Positions 37,833 through 47,414 of a stretch of 64,000 nt of DNA are shown here, piece after piece. The notes under the pieces were generated by a model, which was given only the letters and a program-made list of their open reading frames with translations, was not told the DNA's origin and searched no databases. The number at the start of each line of letters is the position of its first letter. The stretch's first letter is position 1. Made by a program: the position numbers and the translations under genes. Origin of the DNA: an uncultured Chloroflexia bacterium (GTDB lineage: Bacteria > Chloroflexota > Limnocylindria > Limnocylindrales > CSP1-4); NCBI GenBank assembly GCA_963721655.1, contig CAVRKH010000008.1, forward strand, positions 1,026 to 65,025, read 5' to 3'.

Positions 37833-38809
37833 TGGGCGGCATCTACGTGATCGGCGAGGTGACCGCCGACGGGCACCTCGCGAACATCTCGGCGGAGGTC
37901 GCCACGCTCGCACGGAACGTCGCCGCGGAGGGCGGCCAGCAGGTCTCGGGGATCGTCGTCGCGGCCGATCCGCAGCCGGCGGCCGAGGAGCTCGCCCGCT
38001 ATCTGCCGCGCGTCCTGACGGTCACCGAACCGGCCGCCGCCGACCGGCCGTGGTCGATGGTCGCGGCCGAGCGGATTGCCCGCATCCTGGGCGACGACGT
38101 CCGCGAGTTCGAGTTCGTCGGCGCCGGACCCGACGGCCGGGATTTCGCCGGGGCGCTGTCCGCGCTCATGGGCTGGGGCGTCCTGGGCAACGCCGTCGCG
38201 GTCACCTGGGCGGACGGCTCGCCGGTGGTCGAGATGAGCGTGTTCGGCGGCAAGCTGACGACGACGAGCCGGTTCACGACCGACGCGGGCATCGTCACGG
38301 TGCGCCCGAACGTGGTGACCGCGCAGCCCGCGGACACGGCCGGGACCGTGGAGCCGTACGTGTCGGAGGAGCCCCTCGAGCAGCCGTCCGTCAAGGTCGT
38401 GGAGCGCATCTCCGAGGCGTCGGCGGCAGTGCCGATCGAGGAGGCCAAGATCATCGTCGCCGGCGGGCGGGGCGTCGGTGGAGCCGAGGGCTTCGCGCTG
38501 GTCGAGGAGCTCGCCGAGGCAATGGGCGGGGTCGTCGGGGCGACCCGGGCGGCGGTCGATTCGGGCTGGATCCCGTACAGCCAGCAGATCGGCCAGACCG
38601 GCAAGATCGTGAAGCCCCAGCTGTACTTCGCGCTCGGGATCAGCGGCGCCATCCAGCACAAGGTCGGCATGCAGACGGCGGGCACGATCGTGGCCGTCAA
38701 CCGCGACCCCGACGCGCCCATCGCCGAGTTCGCCGACATGGTCGTGGTCGGTGACCTGTTCGACGTCGGCCGGGCAGTGCTCGCCGAGCTACGCTCCCGG
38801 TCGGGCTGA
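37832..38809 (+). CDS. etfA: electron transfer flavoprotein alpha subunit
   Basis: ..IIVAGGRGVG.. GATRAAVDSGWIPYSQQIGQTGKIVKPQLYFALGISGAIQH. Confidence 0.85.
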   Translation: MGGIYVIGEVTADGHLANISAEVATLARNVAAEGGQQVSGIVVAADPQPAAEELARYLPRVLTVTEPAAADRPWSMVAAERIARILGDDVREFEFVGAGPDGRDFAGALSALMGWGVLGNAVAVTWADGSPVVEMSVFGGKLTTTSRFTTDAGIVTVRPNVVTAQPADTAGTVEPYVSEEPLEQPSVKVVERISEASAAVPIEEAKIIVAGGRGVGGAEGFALVEELAEAMGGVVGATRAAVDSGWIPYSQQIGQTGKIVKPQLYFALGISGAIQHKVGMQTAGTIVAVNRDPDAPIAEFADMVVVGDLFDVGRAVLAELRSRSG

Positions 38810-38821
38810 GGCAGCGGCGGC

Positions 38822-39418
38822 ATGGAACCGGTCCTCCTGCTGCCCCTGCTGGCATTCATCGCGTTGGCCGCGCTGTCGCTGATCGTCCTCCGCCGCGCCG
38901 GTCGGCTCATCGCCACGACCCGTGAGATCCAGGGCTTCCGTGCCGCGGTCCGCGACCTCGACGCACGGATCGGGATGTCGCTCGACGGCGCCGCGCAGCG
39001 GATCGACTCGGTCCGCCGTCAGCAGCTCTCGGCGGATGGCCTGGGCGACACGATCAGCGCGACCAGCGACGCGATCGGGCGCTACACCGATGAGGCACGC
39101 GCCCTCAAGGGGCCGCCCGAGGCGGCCGCCATCGCGGTCGACATCGTGACGGACCTCGGCCGCGCCAGGCGGGCGATCGACATGGTCGAGCACGGCGCGA
39201 CGATCCTGGCCTCCGTCCGCCGCGGTCAGCGCGAGCTCGAGGCGCAAACCTCGATCAAGCGCGGCTATCTCAACCTGATCCACGCTCGCGAGGCGATCGC
39301 CCGGCACGCCGCCCGGGCGGAAGCGCTCGATCCCGGCCGCTCCCCGAAGCGCACCTGGCAGCCGCTGGCGCCCGAGCTTGGCGAGGCTCACGACGACGCC
39401 TCGAACCACACCATCTAG
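38822..39418 (+). CDS. hypothetical protein with N-terminal TM helix
   Basis: ORF 38822..39418. MEPVLLLPLLAFIALAALSLIVL is followed by a helical-looking domain. Confidence 0.5.
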   Translation: MEPVLLLPLLAFIALAALSLIVLRRAGRLIATTREIQGFRAAVRDLDARIGMSLDGAAQRIDSVRRQQLSADGLGDTISATSDAIGRYTDEARALKGPPEAAAIAVDIVTDLGRARRAIDMVEHGATILASVRRGQRELEAQTSIKRGYLNLIHAREAIARHAARAEALDPGRSPKRTWQPLAPELGEAHDDASNHTI

Positions 39419-39452
39419 TGGTATCCTCCCGGTAGACCACTACCCCTAGTGG
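39406..39452. promoter_or_regulatory. two tandem NrdR-box-like 16-bp palindromes
   Basis: CCACACCATCTAGTGG (39406-39421) and CCACTACCCCTAGTGG (39437-39452). Both are CAC-N8-GTG, with centres 31 bp apart, directly upstream of nrdR. Confidence 0.6.
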
Positions 39453-39472
39453 TATGTGCCAGCAGGAGAAGG

Positions 39473-39949
39473 ATGCGCTGCCCCCAGTGCGGGACGCGGG
39501 ACACCCGCGTCATCGACTCGCGCGACCTCGACGACTCAGCGACGATCCGCCGCCGCCGTGAATGCGCCTCGTGCGCGACCCGGTTCACGACCTACGAGCG
39601 CGTCGAGGCGGCGCGCCTGGTCGTCGTCAAGCGCGATGGGACGCGCCAGGAGTTCGATCGGTCGAAGCTCGTCTCCGGCCTGCGCAAGGCGCTGACGCGA
39701 CGACCGGTGCCGGACGGCGCGGCCGAACAGGCCGCCGACGAGATGGAGGCCGAGCTGCGGGCGGCCGGCGTCTCGGAGATCCCGTCGTCCCGGGTTGGTG
39801 CCCTGGCCATGGAGCAGCTGCGCGCGATCGACCACATCGCGTACATCCGGTTCGCCAGCGTGTACCAGAGCTTCGAGGATCTCGAGGACCTCAAGCGCGA
39901 GGTCGACACGCTGTACGCCGAGAAGGGCGACGGGAGCGGCCGCACGTGA
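39473..39949 (+). CDS. nrdR: transcriptional repressor NrdR
   Basis: ATG 39473 after AGGAGAAGG. MRCPQCG..DTRVIDSR.. C..C..RFTTYE (zinc ribbon), then an ATP-cone (..IAYIRFASVY). Confidence 0.9.
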   Translation: MRCPQCGTRDTRVIDSRDLDDSATIRRRRECASCATRFTTYERVEAARLVVVKRDGTRQEFDRSKLVSGLRKALTRRPVPDGAAEQAADEMEAELRAAGVSEIPSSRVGALAMEQLRAIDHIAYIRFASVYQSFEDLEDLKREVDTLYAEKGDGSGRT

Positions 39950-40002
39950 GCGGCGCTCTGCGGGGATGACCACGGTGGCCTGAAGGGGTCCTCCCGAGAC
40001 AG

Positions 40003-41181
40003 GTGCTCCGGGAGTTCATCGAGGCGGGCTACATCGTCTCGGACACCGAGATCCCGGATCGCAATCTCCAGCCGGCGAGCATCGACCTGACGCTTGGACC
40101 CGTCGCATACCGCCTTCGGAGCAGCTTCCTGCCTTCCAACGGGAAGGTCCGCGAGAAGCTCAGGGACTACCACATGGGCGACCTCGACCTGTCCGGCGAT
40201 GGGGCGGTGCTCGAGCAGGACCGGCCGTACCTGATCCCGCTCCAGGAGCGCGTCCGACTGCCCGCTGGCATCCGCGGCCGGACGAACCCGCGGAGCTCGA
40301 CCGGCCGGCTCGACGTCTTCACCCGCGTCATCACCGACAACGGCGCGCACTTCGACGAGGTCCGTGACGGCTACGAGGGAGAGCTCTTTCTCGAAGTCGT
40401 CCCGATGTCATTCACGGTCAAGGCCCGAGCCGGGATCACCCTGAACCAGTTGCGCCTGGTGTCCGGTCAGGCTCGGCTGTCGGACGGCGACCTGATCGAG
40501 CTGAGCCGGACCGACCCCATCGTGTTTCCGGGCTCGTCGTCGCTGCCGGGCGATCGCGCGGTCGTCGCCGACGGGCTGTTTCTCAGCGTCGACCTGTCCG
40601 GACAAGGGAAGTCGTTCGCCGGGTACCGCGCTCGACGGAGCAGCGCGCTCCTGGAGCTCGACCGGGTCAAGGCGTATCAGGTCGCGGACTACTGGGATCG
40701 GGTCGAGCCGAAGGACGGCCGGCTCATCCTCGACTCCGGCGAGTTCTACCTGCTCGTCTCGCGCGAGCGGGTTCGGGTGCCACCGGACTACGCTGCGGAG
40801 ATGGCTGCCTACGATCCGACGAGCGGCGAGCTTCGAACCCACTACGCGGGCTTCTTCGATCCCGGGTTTGGCGACGTGGCAGGTGACGCCCCTGGAACGC
40901 CGGCGGTGCTCGAAGTGCGGGCCCACGATGTCCCGTTCTCGCTCGAGCACGGGCAGCGCCTGTGCAAGCTCACCTTCGAGCGGATGTCGACCCGCCCCGA
41001 CCAGCTGTACGGCGCCGGGCTCGGCTCGTCCTTCCAGCGGCAGTACCTCGCCCTGAGCCGTCAGTTCCGCGCCGATCAGGCGGGCGTACCCAAGCCGCGC
41101 ATCCGGACACGCGTCGACCAGGCACCGCTCGCACTGGTGCAGGAAGCGCCGGCCCCGCTGCCGGTGTCCCCGCGCGAGTAG
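40003..41181 (+). CDS. long-form 2'-deoxycytidine 5'-triphosphate deaminase-like protein
   Basis: GTG 40003. ..NLQPASIDLTLG.. GRTNPRSSTGRLDVF.. This is a two-lobe DCD-like layout of about 390 aa. Confidence 0.6.
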   Translation: MLREFIEAGYIVSDTEIPDRNLQPASIDLTLGPVAYRLRSSFLPSNGKVREKLRDYHMGDLDLSGDGAVLEQDRPYLIPLQERVRLPAGIRGRTNPRSSTGRLDVFTRVITDNGAHFDEVRDGYEGELFLEVVPMSFTVKARAGITLNQLRLVSGQARLSDGDLIELSRTDPIVFPGSSSLPGDRAVVADGLFLSVDLSGQGKSFAGYRARRSSALLELDRVKAYQVADYWDRVEPKDGRLILDSGEFYLLVSRERVRVPPDYAAEMAAYDPTSGELRTHYAGFFDPGFGDVAGDAPGTPAVLEVRAHDVPFSLEHGQRLCKLTFERMSTRPDQLYGAGLGSSFQRQYLALSRQFRADQAGVPKPRIRTRVDQAPLALVQEAPAPLPVSPRE

Positions 41182-41189
41182 GTCCGCCC

Positions 41190-42044
41190 GTGAACGACGC
41201 AGTCGACTGGGCCCGCGACCTCGGTGGCGGCACGCGCGTCTCGCTCGTCCAGGCCGGCACGTTCCGGTCCGACGCCGGGGCGCTGTTCGGGCCGGTGCCC
41301 TGGCTGCTGTGGAACCGCTGGGTCACCGACGAGATCGACGATGAGAACCGCCTGCTCCAGGCGCTCAATTGCCTGTTGATCGAGACGCCCGCCGGTCGGG
41401 TCCTCGTGGAGACCGGCATCGGCGACCGGCTGGACGAGAAGACCCGGGCCATGCGCGGCTACGAGGGGCCGTGGGTGGTCGCCGCCCTCGAGAACGCGGG
41501 CTTCGAACCGGAGTCCGTCGACGTCGTCGCGATGAGCCACCTCCACTTCGACCATGCCGGGGGCCTGCTGCGGTCCGATGGTTCGCGCGCCTTCCCGAGG
41601 GCCAGCATCGTGGCCCAACGTTCCGAGTGGGAGATCGCGCTCGGCGACAACCCGCGGCTCGTGGCGAGCTACATCCAGCCGGAACTGCGGCTCGTGCGCG
41701 ACTGGGGTGCCGAGGGCTGGGCCGAGGGCGAGAAGGAGCTGCTCCCCGGGGTGACCGCCATCCCCACCGGCGGGCATTCGACCGGCCACCAGGCCATCGT
41801 CGTGCGCGCGCCCGGCAGCCGTCCGCTCGCGTTCTTCGGCGACCTGTGCATGCGCCCGTGGGCCGCGAACCCGCGCTGGGTGTCGTCGTTCGACGACTTC
41901 CCGCTCGACTCGGTCATGGTCAAGGCGTCGCTCTTCGCGCAGGCCGCCGACGAGGACTGGATCGTGGTGCTGTCCCACGAACGCGACCAGCCGATCGGGC
42001 GCCTGGTCCGCGACCGGGACCGCTTCCGCTACGAGGCGGACTGA
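41190..42044 (+). CDS. MBL-fold metallo-hydrolase
   Basis: GTG 41190 in ORF 40962..42044. The SHLHFDHAGG motif is present. Confidence 0.75.
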   Translation: MNDAVDWARDLGGGTRVSLVQAGTFRSDAGALFGPVPWLLWNRWVTDEIDDENRLLQALNCLLIETPAGRVLVETGIGDRLDEKTRAMRGYEGPWVVAALENAGFEPESVDVVAMSHLHFDHAGGLLRSDGSRAFPRASIVAQRSEWEIALGDNPRLVASYIQPELRLVRDWGAEGWAEGEKELLPGVTAIPTGGHSTGHQAIVVRAPGSRPLAFFGDLCMRPWAANPRWVSSFDDFPLDSVMVKASLFAQAADEDWIVVLSHERDQPIGRLVRDRDRFRYEAD

Positions 42045-42732
42045 GAGGGAGTTGCGGTCGCGTCCGGCAGGATCGCCTCGACCCGCTGGGATGCGCCCTC
42101 GACGCTCAGTGGCCCCTGGGCGACGAAGCGGATCGCGCCGTCCGGGTCGATGAAGAACTGGGTCGGCAGCGCGTAGACCCGGTACTCGTGGAACACGTGT
42201 CCTGAGCCATCGAAGCCGACCGTGTACTCCAGGTCGATAGCGCTCGCGGTACTCGCGCACGTCGTCGGCGGTCGTCTCCTGGACGCTGACCCCGACGACT
42301 TCGAGGCCCTGGTCCTTGTACTTCTCCGCGACCTCGCGCAGGACCGGCGTCTCGCCCTGGCACGGCGGGCACCAGCTCGCGAAGAAGTTGACCCAGACCG
42401 CCTTGCCGCGCAGGTCCGAGAGGCGGACCGGGTTGCCGTCGACGTCGTGCAGCTGGTACGTCGTGCCGTCCGGCGAGAGCGATGTCGAAATCGGGCGCGA
42501 GGTCGCCGACGTGCAGCCCTTCGACCGCCTCGCCGATGATGAACGGGGTCGCCTGCGGGTCCTCGAACATCGGGCCGCCGGCCGTGTTCCCGAGCGGCGT
42601 CGTCGCGATGGTCAACCCGACGATCGCCACGACCACCGCGCCGAACGCGATCAGCAGCTGCCGCCCGCTGAACGGGCCGATGAGCCCGCGCCGCTCCGGC
42701 GTGTGCCGGAACGCCGGTCGCTGGTCGGCCAC
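42029..42732 (-). pseudogene. TlpA/ResA-like membrane-anchored thioredoxin, two frame changes
   Basis: N-terminal TM plus ..DLAPDFDI is in ORF 42106..42732. The core LSPDGTTYQLHDVDGNPVRLSDLRGKAVWVNFFASWCPPCQGE is in a second frame. The end ..YALPTQFFIDPDGAIRFV.. is in the frame of ORF 42029..43483. Breaks near 42480-42490 and 42235-42250. Confidence 0.65.
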
Positions 42733-43548
42733 TCAGATGCCCGACAGGAACGTGAAGCGCTGGGGCAGCAGCGACAGCCAGTCCATCATCATCGCGATGC
42801 CGATCGCGACCACGAGCAGCCCGCCGATGATCGACACCGCGCGGCCGTGGCGCACCAGCGGCCGGAGGATCGCCGGCGCGCGGTCGAAGGCGAACGCGAT
42901 CGCCAGGAACGGCAGGCCGAGCCCGGCCGTGTAGGCGACGAGCAGGATCGCGCCCTGCGCGACGGTCGTCGACGTCGCGGCCAGCGTCAGGATCCCGCCG
43001 AGGATGATCCCGATGCAGGGCGTCCAGCCGATCGCGAAGATGGCGCCGAGCCCGAACGACGCGAGCCAGCCGCCCCGCGAGGTCACGAGCCGCCCACCGA
43101 GCCGCTGCCCGAACCCTCCGCCACCCGGGGTTGCGAAGGCCACCGAACCCGTCGCGGTCGCGACCGATTCGGCGGCGCCGGCGTCGAGCGGCCGCCAGGT
43201 CCGCTCGAGGATCGGGATCCGCACGAGCCCCGTCAGGCTGATGCCCAGGATCACGAGGATCAGGCCGCCAATCCAGCGAAGCTGGTCCATGTACTGGGCG
43301 AAGCCGCTGGCGGCATACGTGGCGGTGACGCCCAGCAGCGTGAAGACGGCCCCGAAGCCCAGCACGTAGGCGAGGCCGTGGCGGAGCGCCGTCCAGCGCG
43401 TCGGCGGTGCGCCCGAGGCGTTCGACGCCACCGCGACCGCGGTCAGCTGGCCGACGTACGCGGGGACGAGCGGCAGCACGCACGGCGACAGGAAGCTGAC
43501 CACGCCGGCCGCCAGCGCGACGAGGATCGTGAGGTCGGTGCCGCCCAT
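42733..43548 (-). CDS. ccdA: cytochrome c biogenesis protein CcdA (DsbD-family thiol-disulfide transporter)
   Basis: Six-TM ORF with ..FLSPCVLPLVPAYV.. and ..GWTPCIG.. Confidence 0.8.
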   Translation of the reverse strand: MGGTDLTILVALAAGVVSFLSPCVLPLVPAYVGQLTAVAVASNASGAPPTRWTALRHGLAYVLGFGAVFTLLGVTATYAASGFAQYMDQLRWIGGLILVILGISLTGLVRIPILERTWRPLDAGAAESVATATGSVAFATPGGGGFGQRLGGRLVTSRGGWLASFGLGAIFAIGWTPCIGIILGGILTLAATSTTVAQGAILLVAYTAGLGLPFLAIAFAFDRAPAILRPLVRHGRAVSIIGGLLVVAIGIAMMMDWLSLLPQRFTFLSGI

Positions 43549-43552
43549 GGAG

Positions 43553-43834
43553 CTAGCCGCGCGCGGCGGCGGGCACGTCGAGGACGTCGGCGAGGAGCCG
43601 TCGGATGCGGGCCGGGCTGGTGGCGAGCTCGAGCCGCCGGTCGCGGAGCTCGATCACCGGGATGGTGGCCATGAACGCGCGCTGCCAGTCCTCGTTCGTG
43701 TCGATGTCGCGCTCGACGAGGGTCGGGGAGGGGAGGCCGGCCGCTTCGCGTTCGGCCAGCAGCTGGACGAGGGCGGTGCGCGTCTCATCGCACAGGTGAC
43801 AGCCCGCGCGGGCATACAGGTAGAGGTCGTCCAT
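43553..43834 (-). CDS. glutaredoxin-like protein (DUF836 type)
   Basis: MDDLYLYARAGCHLCDET.. has a CxxC motif in a 93-aa protein. Confidence 0.7.
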   Translation of the reverse strand: MDDLYLYARAGCHLCDETRTALVQLLAEREAAGLPSPTLVERDIDTNEDWQRAFMATIPVIELRDRRLELATSPARIRRLLADVLDVPAAARG

Positions 43835-44079
43835 CGGTCGGCCATTCTAGTCCGTAGACGCTTCGAACCGGCCGGACGCTCTCTGGGACGCCGGCCGGCA
43901 CCGAAGCAGGTCATCGCAGGGAGGGGCGATGTCCTGAGCCCCTGACGACGGCCGTTCGCGCGCCGGTTCCGCACCGAAGGTTGCACGTCGGTATCGACGG
44001 CGGGCGTACGCTTCGCCCAATCCGGCGTCCAGTTCGCGCTGACGGGGATGGCGCCGCGATCGCGCTCGAGGGTGTACCC

Positions 44080-44583
44080 ATGCGAACCAACCGTCATTCG
44101 TCGCGGGCCATCGTCCTTGTCCTTGCCGCCGCGCTGGTGGCCCTGGCTGCCGCGAGCCCCGCGGCGGCAGCGACACCGATCGCCGTCGAGATCGTGTCGC
44201 ATATGGACTTCAACCAGGAGGGCGGGTTCAACACCGGGGACTTCGAGGCCAGCGGCCCGGCCGTCGACCAGGGCCTGATCTGCGAGTCCGGGACCGTCGA
44301 GGACACTCGGCTCATCCTCGCTGGGTTCCAGAGCCGCGTCGGCAAAATCCAGATCCCGGTCCGCAAGACGTTCACATGCGACGACGGCAGCGGCGAGATC
44401 TTCATCAAGATCCAGGTCCACCTCGATCTCAATGCCCAGACCGAGACGTTCAGCTGGGTGGTCCTTGGCGGGACTGGCGACTATTCGGATCTGCACGGCA
44501 GCGGCGGCGGCACGACCGTCGGCGACGGCTCCGATCCGCAGACCGGAAACTTCAACAACTACGTCGGTTTCCTGATCGGCTGA
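44080..44583 (+). CDS. secreted hypothetical protein
   Basis: ATG 44080 in ORF 43981..44583. Signal peptide is MRTNRHSSRAIVLVLAAALVALAAASPAAAA. Confidence 0.6.
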   Translation: MRTNRHSSRAIVLVLAAALVALAAASPAAAATPIAVEIVSHMDFNQEGGFNTGDFEASGPAVDQGLICESGTVEDTRLILAGFQSRVGKIQIPVRKTFTCDDGSGEIFIKIQVHLDLNAQTETFSWVVLGGTGDYSDLHGSGGGTTVGDGSDPQTGNFNNYVGFLIG

Positions 44584-44646
44584 ACGCCTCGCCACCGGTG
44601 GCGCGTGTCCAAGGCCGCAGCGCGGCACGCGCTACCATGCCTTCAG

Positions 44647-44722
44647 GCCCCCGTAGCTCAGTGGATAGAGCGCAGCCGTCCTAAGGCTGGCGTCGGCGGT
44701 TCGAATCCGTCCGGGGGCGCCA
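44647..44722 (+). tRNA. tRNA-Arg (anticodon CCT), CCA encoded
   Basis: Acceptor GCCCCCG/CGGGGGC, D arm GCTC-AGTGGATA-GAGC, anticodon stem CAGCC/GGCTG with loop GTCCTAA, T arm GGCGG-TTCGAAT-CCGTC. Confidence 0.9.
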
Positions 44723-44987
44723 TACCCACGCAGCTTCCCCGACGAACGGGCGACCAGGCAGGGTCCACTCGATTCCGCCTAGACGGTCCCTGGCTACTGA
44801 ACGCCCGACGGCCCTGACGGCGACGGTCTCTCGGTGCGCCAGGCATGGAAGGGAGATCCCGGGGTGGCCTCTCACGTGACGCCGTCCGAGCTGCGTGCCT
44901 GCAGCGAAACCTGGCCGGTCGACCCGGTCGGCGGCAGCTCCTTGCCGCGGAAGACCTCGACCACGCGCTCGGTCGATGAGCTGGACG

Positions 44988-45974
44988 TCAGGCGGGGGCG
45001 AGCGCGTACACCCGGTGCCGGCCGGCAATCCCCTTGAGCTCCACCTCGCGACCCTCGAGGAACGTTACCGCCGGGGTCGAGGCGTGGACGAGCTCGTACA
45101 CGGCGCTGGACACGAGCACCTCGCCGCCGATCGCCTGTCCCGCGACGCGTGCCGCGAAGTGCACGGTGCTACCGATGTATTGCTCGGCCTCCTTGATCGC
45201 GTCGCCCGTGTGGATGCCGATCCGCACGCGGATCGGCGGCGCGAGGTCGCCGAACTCTCGCTCGATCTCGAGCTGGATCGCCTGCGCGCACGCGACCGCC
45301 CGGCGGGCGCTCGAGAAGGCCAGCATCGACCCGTCGCCCTGCGTCCCGGCGACGGTGCCGCCGTGGGCGGCCGTCACCGCCTCGATGAGCCGGTTGTGGC
45401 GCCGGATGACCTCGAGCCAGGCCCGGTCGCCGAGGCGGGCGAGCATGGGTGTCGAGTCGACGATGTCGGTGAACATGATCGTGACCGTGCCATCGACGGC
45501 CAGCGAAGCCGACAGGTCCGGCCGCTCGCGCTGGATCGTCCGCTCGAGCTCGTCGAGCGAGACGGTGAGCGACCGGCCGAGGGTCTCCAAATTCGATCGC
45601 GCGAACGACCAGTGGACGTGGACGACCTTCCACTCCCCTCGCTCGAGGTGGAGGATGTAGGTCGCGCGCGACTCGAGCGCTTCGCCCTCCCAGCTGATCA
45701 ACTCCTTCACCCCGGCCCAGCCGACCGACCCTTCCTCCCAGGCCTGGATCTCGGTGGCCGTGACCGGGAAGGCGCCGGTCTCCTGCATCTGTCGGGCCCA
45801 GATCGCGCGGGTCTCGCTGCCCCGAAACCACTCGGCGGGGTCAGTGCCGATCATCAGGGTGCCAGCGTGGTCGGAAAGCCGCCCGAGGTACGCCTCTTCG
45901 TCGCCCGCCGCGATCGCGATGGTCCACCGCTCGACGACGCGACGGATCTCCTCGGAGGGCTCCACGCGGCGCAT
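44988..45974 (-). CDS. class III adenylate/guanylate cyclase with N-terminal SnoaL/DUF4440-like domain
   Basis: ..VTIMFTDIVDSTPMLARLGD.. GTQGDGSMLAF.. RIGIHTGDAI.. Confidence 0.8.
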   Translation of the reverse strand: MRRVEPSEEIRRVVERWTIAIAAGDEEAYLGRLSDHAGTLMIGTDPAEWFRGSETRAIWARQMQETGAFPVTATEIQAWEEGSVGWAGVKELISWEGEALESRATYILHLERGEWKVVHVHWSFARSNLETLGRSLTVSLDELERTIQRERPDLSASLAVDGTVTIMFTDIVDSTPMLARLGDRAWLEVIRRHNRLIEAVTAAHGGTVAGTQGDGSMLAFSSARRAVACAQAIQLEIEREFGDLAPPIRVRIGIHTGDAIKEAEQYIGSTVHFAARVAGQAIGGEVLVSSAVYELVHASTPAVTFLEGREVELKGIAGRHRVYALAPA

Positions 45975-46082
45975 GGTGCGACACCGATGCCGATGGACGC
46001 AACCCGCCGGTCGGCGTTCGAACCTATCGTCACGCGACGACCGATGAACGGTGACCCGAGGTCGGAACGTTCGTGACTGGGA

Positions 46083-47414
46083 TCACGAGATCTCGGTGTG
46101 CTGTGCTGATCCACGAACTCCGGCCAGATCATCCTGGGACGAGGGTTGGGGACAGCTCACTTCGAGATACCAGTCCGCGCTCGTTGGACTGGGGGGTCGA
46201 GCCGCCCGCCACGGAGCGCCGTTGCCATCGCCGGCGACACGGAGGGCTCGTGTTCGCACGCGAGCGCGGCGTCGGCATCTGTCCCGCCTGCGACGGACCA
46301 TCGTACGCCGACGACAGTCGACAGGGGTCGTACAGCCCGCTGCGCTGTCGCCGTAGCCGATCCCTGAGGACCGTGCCATCGCCGGAGCAACGAGGCCGTG
46401 CTGCCGCAGCACGTTGACCATCTGTCCGCGGCGGCGCGACGTCGCGATCGCCGCCGACCGGGTCGAGCAGGCTCCGACTGCCACCACCGGTCGTCCCCGG
46501 TCAGGAGCTCGAGCAGTCACTCGCCAGGTCGACGCCAGCACGTGCCATCGGCGTGCACTAGCCACGGTCCGGACGCCGTCAGTCCGGTGCCCGGCGTAGC
46601 CGTCGACCACGTCCGACTGCAGGTCGCACGAGCGGTCGTGCACCGACGTCCGCCGATCGGAGCGCATCGCGCAGCTCACGTCGTCGACAGCTCGGCGGTC
46701 GCGGATCCCGACCGGAGTCGTGGCCGCCCGACGCCTGCCGCAGGCGCGACGGCATGGCGCGATCCCGGCATCGCCGAGGCGGACGTCCACGTGACGCGAG
46801 TCGCGCTGCCGCGATCAGCTCGCCAGCGTCCGCGATCGATCCGCGGTACGATGCGTCGACACGCTGCAGGACCGGCTCGGACGAGCGATGTCGGGTCAGG
46901 TCCGCGACCGGCGTCGACTGCGTGCCGGACGTCGGCCGTCCTCTTCAGACCGCTCGATGGCCGCCACCACGAGCACCCGGCCATCAGGAGCCGCACCGCG
47001 GCCGTGAGAGCGGGCGTGCCCATCGACCCGGTCGGGATCCAGACACGTCGGACCCGCGACAGGGATCGGACTTGCGGATGGTGCGCGACTCGCTCGGGGA
47101 CGTCGCCTGGCGATGCCGTGGCGACCGCAATCACCGATGGTTCAGGCACAGGCGGGACGACGGTCGGCAGCCGCAGAAGCCGGAGCCCGCCGCCAACGCC
47201 CCGCCGACGAGCACAGGGCTGCGGCCGCGAGAAGCGTGATGCCGCGGCCCCGGCCGAACCGTCGGGCTGGGAAGGTCCTGGTCCAGCCGGGCCGCTGGCG
47301 CAGAGTCCGGGCGCGATCCATGACCGTGGCGTGGAACCCCGCCGGCGCGCTCGCGGGCGCTTCGGTCTGGAGCCACTGCTCCAGGTCCCGTTCGAACTGC
47401 GCGTTCGGGTTCAT
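46083..47414 (-). pseudogene. membrane-anchored partner of the ECF sigma at 47411..47968, with Kelch-like repeats, many frame changes
   Basis: ATG 47414 overlaps the sigma stop (ATGA). MNPNAQFERDLEQWLQ..RQRP is followed by TM-like LLAAAALLVGGALAAGSG in another frame. Fragments such as PDGRVLVVAA and VAGGTDADAAL are scattered over all three frames. The 3' limit is uncertain. Confidence 0.4.
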
